NCBI RefSeq assembly: GCF_006345805.1
Contig: NC_043004.1
Location: forward strand, 106,516,001-106,580,000
Reading direction: 5' to 3'
DNA length: 64,000 nucleotides
Origin: Octopus sinensis
Taxonomy: Eukaryota
A program made the translations under genes and the position numbers. The notes below the pieces were generated by a model. That model was given only the letters and a program-made list of their open reading frames with translations. It was not told the origin of the DNA and searched no databases. Positions 37,801 through 49,900 of this stretch are shown piece by piece; the first letter of the stretch is position 1, and each line of letters starts with the position of its first letter.

Positions 37801-40800
37801 CAACTTTAAAAAGTAGTATAGCTTATATTTTACCTAATGTAGATAGACCAAGAAGACGTAGACATAGGAAAATTTTATGGTATAATCCCCCATGTAGTTG
37901 GAATGTAGCCACGAACATAGCTAGAAAATTCTTGAAACTTGTAAATAACCACTTCCAATACTCTCATAAGTACCACATAATTTTCAATAGAAATACAAAG
38001 TTAGTGATAGTTGCCTCCCCAATATAGAGTCAATCATTTTCAACCACAATGAAAATAACAACACTCAGAACATCCCCAAAGATCCTGTAATTTTAGATCT
38101 CTGGACAGCTATCCTCTGAACAATTTGTACTTGGAAAAAGAATTAGTGTACAAGGCCAGCATTACAGATTTGAACAGAACAAAAAACTTGTATTGGAATG
38201 ATGGGAAACACTTTCAAAGAGAGATATATGCAGTATTTAGCTTCATTCAGAGATAAAAACAAAAGACATATAACATCTTATGCCAATATGGTATGGACAC
38301 TTAAAGAGAGAGGCATGAGCAGCCCTTTCCCCCCATAAACTGGAGTGTTATAGCTAAGGCTAGCAAATACAGAGTAAGGGGCAGCAAATGCAAGCTCAGC
38401 ATCACCAAAAGAAGTAAATATCATAACATCAGCAGTGAACTTTATTAAGATGAGGGAGGAAGCCTCCACCTGCAAACACAAGCAACAATTCATACATCAA
38501 AATTTCAAGCATGATCCTGACTCCCACTACCCACCCACTTCACCACCCATTCAACCTGGATAGGTTCTTCTCTACACATTGATTATATTCATTATATATA
38601 CATTGTGCATAAAAGACACACACCAACCCCCATAAACTTATGCTGGATTTTCTCATTACATAGATATATATATATATATATGCATTGCACATATTCATGA
38701 CATCACATGATTCACAGAAAAAATACATATATACACAAACTTAGGAATTCAAAACCCCATCGATTTAAGAATTTACAACCCCATGGACTAAGTTTGGTAT
38801 CAAAATCTGTAAAACTCCACAATAATGTTCACATACTCAAACACAAAATGCATAATGCAGGTGTGGGTGTGTGTATCTGTCTATCCATCTATCTATCCAT
38901 GCACACACACACACACACACATGCGCTTATGTGTGTGAGTGTTTATGTGTGCACATATTTTGTATGGATATGCATGTGCACAAATGTCCTCACATAAAAT
39001 GATTAAGACCTCCCATGAGCTGTATATTTGTTTATCCCCAAATCTCATAAAGTCTTGTGTAGCTTCATATATTCTCATCCAAAATGGAGATGAGCACCAA
39101 TGTTCCTATGTGCCAGGTCTGATAATTGTGAAGAGATTTCTCTTCACATGAAACCATTGGTAACTTTGTTAACCAACAAATAAATAAAAAAGTATACACG
39201 CACGCACACATGCACATAGCATTAAGTGTACTGAAGACTGTTTTATTTAAAGTATTTTGTATGAAATACATAAAGAGGCATTTGATGGCATGTGCAAGAA
39301 AGACAACAATGCTGTTATGGGCATCTGGTGCATATGAAAGACGTCAGTTTTTTAAAATAAGTTTCAAGCATTCTAAATGGATAGGTCTCATGGAAGAGGA
39401 AGATTGGAGAAGTCAGGAGATCATGCAGTGAAGAGTACATCATAAAAGAGATGAGAAAGAATCAAATCATCTGGTGAGGTTACCTAAGAATTGCACACTT
39501 CAGAACCAACAACTGCTATCTCATATTATTAAAGAAATAATCTCTCTTGTTGCCTTTCCTTCCTCTGCTGCTGACCTCATTATCAGCATAACTCTTATTT
39601 TCATACTCACCGTATTTTAGCATGTATAAGGAACCCTTTTTCTGTCAAAAATTAGGTTAAAAAATATGGGAGTTTTTTATACATGAATAGTATTATAATC
39701 CCTTACAAAACCTTTTCCCAAATTGGGGGTTCTTTATACACGTTAAAATATGGTATTTTCTTCATATGCTACACAAAGTAAATAAAGTAAAGTTCCTTCC
39801 CGAATTATATAGACTCATAGGGCCAGTTTCCTGTTTCTATGGTGTATATATTCCCCATCTGGACAGGATGCCAGTCCATTGTAGGATTACTCATTTTTGC
39901 CAGCTGAGTGAACTGGGTGCAATGTGAAATGAAGTGTTTTGCTCAAGAACACAATGCATCACGCGGTCCATGAATCAACACCACAATCTTACAATCATGA
40001 GTCCAGCACCCTGACCACTAAGCCATGTGCTTCTATGCTATAGAAACCCTATCATTTTAATCGTCCTGTCAACTGCTTGATAGACCCATGTCGTTTCCTG
40101 TTGCTACCCTGCCATCACATATCTAGGATACCAGCAATGGCTTTAACCTTCAGAATTTCTTTTCCTGGTCATTGACTTACACATACCTGTTCACCATGGG
40201 TGTAAAATCCTCATACACTGTCGTCCCCCCCTAATGATATACTTTTAACACTTAAACATTTCTTTAAACACTATTCTTCACTTGAACTCAGTGTCACCTT
40301 CCCTGCTTAGCTGAACTCATTCTTTCCTTCAACTGTTTTTACTTCTCTAGTAAATTCTATCAGTAAACTATCAGTATGACCGTGGCAACTCAGATACTAA
40401 CATTCTTTTGGGCTGTATTGAGACCCAGATCTGTGCTCTGTTTTCTTCATCTTTCCCTAGACTTCCATGATCATTACAGTGATGATTATATCAGCATTAC
40501 TCTACTCCCTACAAATTAACTTATTGTTTTCTTATCTTTTTTGACCTTTCATTTTTACCTCTCTTTAGAATATATCTATAGCAGCTCCAATATTTCTGCT
40601 ACTGTCATCCATATCTCTGTCACTTATTTATAATTCTCATTTTCACCTCTGTTCACTGTAAAGATACTGACTCCTTCATCTACCTTGACCTTTTCTCTCT
40701 CTTCTTGCTAAAACTACTATCCTCTCTCTTCTTGCTAAAACTACTATCCTATTCTCACAATTTTTTGACCACGTCAACCATGTAGTAAAAGCTCAGAATT

Positions 40801-43492
40801 TCTCTCCAAGTCTGATTAAATGCATCGTTTTTTCCTTAAATGTTACTGTACTTGAGCTAGAGATATGCTCCACCACAACCCTTTCTGTGTCAGGTCATTT
40901 GTTATCGACATCCCTCACTCTTACCACTGTCCACCTCCATTATTATCCTCCACACTCTCTTTCTGTCCCTGCCTACAACTTTCCGCCACTCTCCTGGTCA
41001 TTACTCTCTCGTTTATTCACCTTCTCAGTCACTTTGATTTCAGCTAAGAAATACATTAGAGAGTAATGAAAACTCTTTAATCTTACAGAATGTAAAACAT
41101 CCCCACTCAAACTGGTGACATGATAAAATGCACCCATTACACTTTGTAAAAGGCATCCAAAAACCAAAGCAAAAATGAAACGTGAAAGTGAAATATGATC
41201 TTTTGACCTTCCTAAGAAGTTGTAACTTTGATTACAAATCAAATCTATTCAGCCTAGAAATGAACAAGCAACAACAACAACAATAAGGATGATGAAAGTT
41301 ATGTGTCTGTGTTTGTGTCTTTTATACATAAAAGAACACAAGTGGGAAATGGGGTTCAAAATTCACAACAGCTGTTATGGCAGCATTTTTTGATACATTC
41401 TTAGATGATATCAAGACAAAAATTTGCCATCTTCAGGTGATTTCAAACAAATAAACAGGTAAGGCAGAAAATACAAGATGACTTGCTCACCAAGCTACAT
41501 GGTGGGAAGAATCCTGCAACTCAACATTATTCGTATCTATATAATTTCATATTTGCTTTTAAATCATTGATCATAATTTTTCATCTTCTGTAAGATATTC
41601 CTGCATGGCAACAGATGTGCATAAGAGAACAATATAGATAACAGACCCTTTTTCATTAAATACTAATACTCAGTTTTCAGGTTCTTTCTCAGTATATCTG
41701 CTTACCCCTTGTTGACATGACCTGTTTTTCTACATTTCTCTCCATATTATTTATATTCTTTTCAATGTATCTCAAGCTTTTGTTACCAACCCACCTGAAA
41801 TTGCTTCTGGTTCCATGATACAAACCTTCCCATTTTAAAATATTCATATTTTAAGATATTCCATCAAAAATTTGTGAGAATTTTTTTGTCAATTTGTTCC
41901 AAACATCAGATTAATGAAAAACCTCATTTTTATTAAATTCTTTCAAATTCTTGATTATTTTCAGATCTAATTAAAATGCGTATGTCATGCATTTCACTAA
42001 AAATATGGTCACAAAGCATTAAATGCACATATACACACACAGACACACACATGCATGAATGCACGTGTATATGTGCACACTTACATACACCTACATACAC
42101 ACAAAGTATTTCTTGTTAATGATTTGCTAATCCTGACTCAATCTAAGCTTTGGTCAACTACCTTCTTTCAAACAGGATCCAAACATTCTGGGGTACTTGA
42201 CTTTCTACGTGGCAGTACTTCGAAAGAAAGAAGCCCCAAACTGACTCACAAGTTTGATCTCATAGACATAGTCCGCTACAATCCAAAGCTGGATGCTGAC
42301 AGTGTAGAAAGTGGAATGGGTATGGACTTGTTACTTGTAGTTGTGTTGTTCCTGATTTTCAATCTTGAACTTCTGCACGGCTGTCATTCACCCTCACTGG
42401 AGGATTGCTGATGTGTACAATATGCTTTTATCTTGACTATTTCCTCACAAATAACTACAGTTGATTAATTTTAATAATTCATCATCTAAACGTCATTTTT
42501 CTGCCATCACTTTTGTTTCATTTCCTACTTAGCACCATTTGATGTGATTTAGAAAGTTGTATAAAATGTAACCATTTAGAAAACTATATATACATGCAGG
42601 TGTCCCAAATGATCTAGTCGTTAGGATTCTGCACTCTCACCGCAGCAGCCAAGGTTCAATTCTCTGTTTGGAAAGAATGCTTTTGCCTTTGGGTTCCTTG
42701 TGGAAAGATGTTGTAATTTATCTTTTAGATTCCAATGTGGCTGTGTGGTAAGAAGTTTGCTTCCTGACCACATGGTTCCAAGTTCAGTCCCACTGCATGG
42801 TACCTTGGGGAAGTAACTCGGTCTGAAGTAACTCGCCTCAGTCTGACCAAATTCTTGTGAGTGGATTTGGTAGATAAAAAACTGAAAGATGACCATTGTA
42901 ATATATAAATGTATGTGTGTCCCACTGCAGCTTGACAACTGATGTTGGTTTGTTTACATCCCCATAACTTAGCAGTTTGGGAAATTAGACTGATACAATA
43001 AGTACCAGACTTTAAAAAAAGTACTAGAGTTGATTCATTCAGCTAAAGATTCTTCGAGGTGATGCCCCAGTATGGCCACAGGGAAATGACTGAAATGAGT
43101 AAAAAATAAAAGATATATATATACATACTTATTTAAGCTCTTCCATCCCACTGAAGCATAGGCCATTGATGACTACTATTCTCCACTATTCTCGACTCTG
43201 AGCTACCTTCTCTCTTCTTCTCCCAGGTCTTGTTGGTTTTCAATTGCAATGGATGCTTTTCCAACTTTGATTTTATCTAAATAGGGAAGCTGGCCCTACA
43301 CAAACCCATTTTTATGTCTGAGAAGAGGTAATCCTTATTAGTTGGGCCTCTATCTCTTGAGCTGTCTAGCATGGGAAACACTAGGAACTTGCACTCCATT
43401 AGCATAGATCTCAAAGGTCATTGAGGCATGCAAGCTACCATCCTGCAACATGGACTTGACCTTGTGGTGGGTATTTATATACACAGTGTGTG

Positions 43493-43539
<47 letters not shown>

Positions 43540-43727
43540 GTATAAATGCTGGTGGCATATAAAAAGCACCCAGCACACTCTGTTTGAGTGGTTGGTGTTA
43601 GGAACGGCATCCAGCCATAGAAACCATGTGACAACAGACAATTGGAATTTGGACAGCTTTCAGCTGGCCAGTTCCATGTCAAACTGTCTAGCCCATGCCA
43701 TGAAAAGTGGACATTAAATGGTAATGA

Positions 43728-43786
<59 letters not shown>

Positions 43787-46700
43787 TAAGTATTTGGTTG
43801 GCAAGAAAGTAATTTCATTTTTCCCAAATAGATAGAGTTACGATATTTTTGAATGACTTTTGTCAATGTTATGATTTTTACCTTTTGACATTTGATAGCC
43901 ATTACTGTTAGCTTACTTTAGAAGCAAATTGTGCATACTTTTGTTTAAAGCTGTTAGTTCAGTGTCAATTTTAACATGGAGTGCAAAAATGAACATTTTC
44001 ACCATATTTTGCGTTTTTATTTCTGTAAAGGCAAGAAAACTGCTGAAGCTCACAAAGAGATATGTGAAGTTTCTGGTGGTGATTGCTTAACAGAACGTAC
44101 ATGGTCAGAAATGGTTTGAAAAATTCCATTCTGGAGATTTTTCACTCAAAGATGACCAGCGTTCTGATCGACCTACTGAAATTGATGATGACCGAATCAA
44201 AGCCATAATTGAATCTGATTGTCATATAACTGTATGAGAGATTGCAGAGAGGTTAAATGTATCACACACAACAATTGGAAATCTCTTAAAATGTATTGGA
44301 CTCGTTAAGAAGCTCAATATTTGGGTTCCATATAAATTGAAAGAGATTCACTTAACACAGTGAATCATTATTTGTGATGTGTATCTCAAACGCAATGAAA
44401 TCGACCGCTTTATGAAACGAATCATCACTGGTGATGAAAAATGGATTGTCTACCATAACATCAATCGAAAACGATCATGGTCCAAGCATAATGAACCAGT
44501 ACAAACCACATTGAAAGCTGAATTGTATAAAAAAAGATCATGCTGTCAATTTGGTGGGATTACATAGGTGTTGTGTATTTTGAGCTGCTTCCAAGGAACC
44601 AAACAATCAATTCAGATGTTTACTGTCAACAACTATGAAACTGGGGGAAGCAATCAAAGAAAAACGGCCAGAATTGGCAAATCGTAAAGGAATCGTGTTC
44701 CACCATGACAATGCTAGACCACACATGTCTTTGCTAACTTTTGGGAAGTGAAGTTACATCCACCATATAGCCCTGACCTTGCACCATCAGATTACCATTT
44801 ATTTTGAAATTTGTAAAATTCTCTGAATCCCATGTAAAAAGCACTGGTGCTGGTGCCATGTAAAATGCACCCAGTATACTCTATAAAATGATTGGTATTA
44901 GGAAGGGCATCCAGCTGTAGAAACCAAGCCAAAACAGACCATGGAACCAGGTGCAGCCTCTGGCCTTGCCAGTTCCTGTCAAGCCATCTAACCCATGCCA
45001 GCATAGAAAACAGATATTACATGATGATAATGAGGACACATTTCATTATGAAATGTATCCTTTTTTTAAGACAGCAGTGTGTAATTTGAGAGAGGTTTAA
45101 CTGCTGTTTCTAATAAGCTAGTTGACCATGTAGAGGCTATATTGTTGGTTCATATTTGGTTGGTTCAAAGTTGTGAATGATAGGAGATTACGACTAATAC
45201 TGGAGGTATGACTCAGTCTTAGAAACAAACCTTGTTTAGATGAATTAAGAAGATAACATGCTTTAATTCTAGAAAGCTACTTTATTTCAATAAAGACAGC
45301 ATCAAGAGGGATTATTTTTGCAGGCTCATAAAATGACAAGATGAACCAATGTCATAGAAGTGGCATTTTTGTACACTTTCCAGTTTGGAAGTACAAATGC
45401 CCAAAAGCCAAATTTAAACCAGTTTCTCAGTAGCAATGTTATAACGATTAGGACAAAGTCATCATTACCAATTAGCAGTTGAATGAAAATGTTACCCTTG
45501 ATTAATTAGTATATAGTCATTGTAATATGTTAGTGTAGAGTAGACATGTGGTGAGATGAGTGGGAGGACATGTTGGCAAAGAAATAGATGGTTGGCACAA
45601 AATAAGTTTGGTTAAGTTGCAAAGGAAGAAATAGAACAGCATGATGAAAGTGGTGATGAGGATGATGTTAATGATAAAGATGATGATGGTGAGAATTTTA
45701 CTTTTCCAGCAAAAAATATCACTAGAATGCTTGTGGTGGCAGTTGATATTATGATTGTAATAAACAAGATGTTGTTTGTCTTGTAATGCATGGAATTATG
45801 ATGAATACACTGTTTGTTGCACGTGTATGCTTTGTAATCTTAGTGTTTGCTTTGCATGTTAACATTCTATGAATTGTATGCTCTTTCATAAAGCCATTTA
45901 CTAATCTGTCTTGTCCCATAGTTCAGCTAGTTGCAATAGTACATGCCTTTTATTCATGGTGTTTTGGTGTTTTTTCTTATTATTATTACCAACTGAAATT
46001 AATATTGTACAGTTTCCTCAGACTTTTGAAAGTCCAATTATTAGCTGTTTTTAACAAAAAATTTTTCTTAATTTTCCAGCAGCTTCTTGTTTTTTTTTGC
46101 CGTTTCTCAATGTTTGGTTAATTGGAAAAATTCTGCTAAGATTGATGTGATTTTATGTCTGTCCTGTATATGTAATATAATGTGTAGCTAGTGATAGAAC
46201 AGTTGTGCCAATGTGTGTGACATTGTTTATGTTTGCTTTGATTATGTGTTTGTTAATTACAGCATGTCATAGTGACATGATGTAATTTGTCCACAGTTAT
46301 TATTAACTTGAAACATTTTCATTTCCCACACATATGCAATATGTGATTATACACTCGTCTACAAATGCAGAAAGCATATTCACTTTTACAGAATCAGAGC
46401 AATAATAAATATACATTCTACGTAGCTACACTTACTAATCTAAAGTTTTGGGTGTTTGTTGAGATGGTGTTACCAACACAATTTCTACACTTTGTCTTTT
46501 TCAGTTTTCTACATTATATACATATATATATATATGAAGAAGCAATGATGATCTCACACACACACACACACATATATATATGTATCATCATCGTCATCAT
46601 CATCGTTTAACGTCTGTTTTCCATGCTGCTGCTGCTGATGATGATACATATATATATGTGTGTGTATGGAAAAAAAAGTCAAGATAGAAAATGCTAAAAT

Positions 46701-46846
46701 AATTTTATAAAAAAACATTGCAGTACCGGTTTCAGTCATTGAGACTTTTTCAAATGTTTTTTATAAAATTATTTAGCATTTTCTATATTTTCTATCTTGA
46801 CTTTTTTTTCCATATATATCAACTCATGTGTTCCTTTTCAATCTTC

Positions 46847-46901
<55 letters not shown>

Positions 46902-49900
46902 ACTTATAAACTTGTAATATACTTGGTAATATATAATGGTTGCAAAATGATATATGGTGTCCCTACCTACTGTTACTAATATATATATGAGTGTGTGTGT
47001 GTGTGTGTACATAGAAACTTAATAAACATACTACTTATTTTGATAGACTTGTACATTTTTTAGGGGGTAAAAATGAAGATAAGAGTGATTAAAAATTAAA
47101 CTCCTGAACTTAATCAAAAGATTAGTTTGATACAAATGAAACCCTTTTTGATATAAATATTATATTTTTTCCCCCATTTGATATTAAATAGAACTTGCAG
47201 CTTCCTTGGTAAATGATGTTCAAAAAAGCAGTTGGTTATATAAGTCTCTTAAATTGAAAAAAAGAAGCATTATATTTGTTAAATGAAACATATCTATTTA
47301 AGAGATTTGATGCTACATGTAGGTATGACATGTATTGAATGCAGATCTTTATCTGCATTTGAGAGAAATGAATTGATGTATAGGATGTGTAATGTGAAAT
47401 TGCTTAAAAGCAGTGTGCAAGTGAGCTGAGAGAGCATATGGGCATTAAAGACATCAGCTGAAATCTGCAAGAGAGATGATTGCACCGGCAAAGGTAATGT
47501 ATGATGTGGATAGATTATGAGTGTCAGTTGAAAACTAATTCTGGCTATGGGCAGTGGAAGAGGATGATCAAATATGGTTACAGGAAGATGTGATATAGTC
47601 AAATCTGAAGATGTTGGATTTGTCCCAGATGACATGACAAAAGATTGAGGTGAGTGGTGATACAATATTGCTGACTCATATCAACATCAGTTGAATGGGT
47701 CTTATTGTTCAAGCAGACCTGTGGCACAGAAGTTACTGATCAAAAGAGTATGGAAGTGACCTATGGGTCCACTGGTAACTAGTCAATATTGTATTTCACT
47801 CTGGGATTGTACTGTGTCATAAAATGTGTGGTTGAGTGGGATGCAGGCCTGGACATGTTCAATTTTCTTTTTTACTTGTCTAATCTGTTTTTAATTCTGT
47901 TGAGACTGGGCAAAATTTGAACTCCAATATCCTATATTCTTGAGACAAACAATCATTGTACATCAATGTTCTTGTAATAAATGTGTACATATCATTATTC
48001 CCTAATATTTTCCTCCAGATGTTAATGATGGAAGTAGTTCAATTCCTGTTGATGGGGAGAAAAGCAAACCCTGCAAGGTGGCCATTAACCCACATATTGA
48101 TATCCGTAAGTCCTTCATCATATTTTGTTTCTAATTCAACATTTCCTCCTACTTTATTCTTTTCTTCCTTTTCCATCTTTCAAATCATCTTTTATTTTCA
48201 TCTTCTTTTTCTTATTGCTTCTTCTTTTTGCTATTTCATTATCTTCATAATTTTTGCTGCATTTCATCTTTTTCTCCATTCTCATTTTCCCCTAGCTTCT
48301 TTATTGTCAGTGGTACCTACCCACCCTGCAGTCTTTACTGTTATATTTCCTTTGTTCATAAATCAATGCTTCAAAAGAGCATTTATTACTGAGTAACATA
48401 ACAAGCAAAATAATATAATCACTGCCTTATAACTCCTGTAAATAGAATGTTTTCTGGTATCTGTTTCTCTTGATATCATTAGACAGACAAGTCAGTCTCT
48501 CTGGTTTCATCCAATTTGAACCCAATTTGAAGAAAGATGAGTCTAAAAAATTGTGATTTAATTAACAAAACATTTTTTTTTCTTAATTATTTTAACTTTA
48601 ATTTATTTTCCATTTTCTAGAATTTTCTGATTCCTCATCTCGTTTCTATTGCCGTGTACATTTCGCTGAACATTTCAGACAACTACGTTCTTTGGTATTT
48701 CCTGCCGGAGAAGATGTGTAAGTAACTGTAACAATTTTGTTTTTGTTGCAACGAGGGATTTGAGTTGAGATGTGACACCTCAGACCTGTAATATCTTCAT
48801 TCAAATTTTTGCATATATAGAAAAATAAATTTTCATTTTTAAGTCTTGAAGCTTCATGTGGGAATAAGATATTATTGTCAAGCAAATCTACCCCAGGACT
48901 TATTCTTTGTAAGCCTTGTACTTATTCTATCGGTCTCTTTTGCCAAACTACTAAGCTATGGGGATGTAAACACACCACCTTCGGTTGTCAAGCGATGTTG
49001 GGGGAACAAACACAGACACACAAACATATATACACACATACATATATATATATATATATACATATAAACGATTTGGCTTCTTTCAGTTTCCGTCTACCAA
49101 ATCCACTCACAAGGCTTTGGTCAGCCCGAGGCTATAGTAGAAGACACTTGCCCAAATGGGTTCAGTCCCACTTGCAATAGGACTGAATCCGGAACCATGT
49201 ATTGTGGGAAGGTTTTTTGCAAACTGTATTTTCTAAATCTGAGGGTGCACCATTGAATAGTGTGGGAGTAGTGCTGTCCAGTGTACCTCCTTAGTGATGG
49301 GCATGTCTAGCACTGAGCTGGAATAAGACCCATAAAGACCCTAAGCACTTAAAAGATTTTGGTGGCCTCATATATATTTGCAATTCAAAATATAAACAAT
49401 AATAAACCATAAAATAAATATATTTTCCAAAATGAAACAAAACTAACAGTAAGATAGAAAATAATGTTTATTTTTGTATACTTCCACTTTATATTTGAAA
49501 AGTTTTCTCCTACTTTTTTTAATTGCACAGTCTTCGCAATTAACTATGACACCATGACTACTTTGAAATTATAGTTCCAATCATATAAACCACTTTCAAT
49601 ACTATTATAGCTAGTTTAAAGTGATTTCTTTTGTGCTGTAAACTATTTACCATTTCTGTACTGCCCCACTTCCCTTGATGGTAGTCCCTTCACTTGATGG
49701 TAATAATGGTGCCGTTTTTTGTCATTTTGGAATTTGACCATATTATTCATGTCATCTGTTTCAGTTTTATTCGCTCAATGAATCACTGTCAACATTGGTC
49801 GGCTAAAGGTGGAAAATCGAGATCAGCTTTTTCAAAGACCTGTGGTATGTATACATATTTCTGTAGACTTGGCCTTTTAAATCATAGCTCTGAAAAAAAT

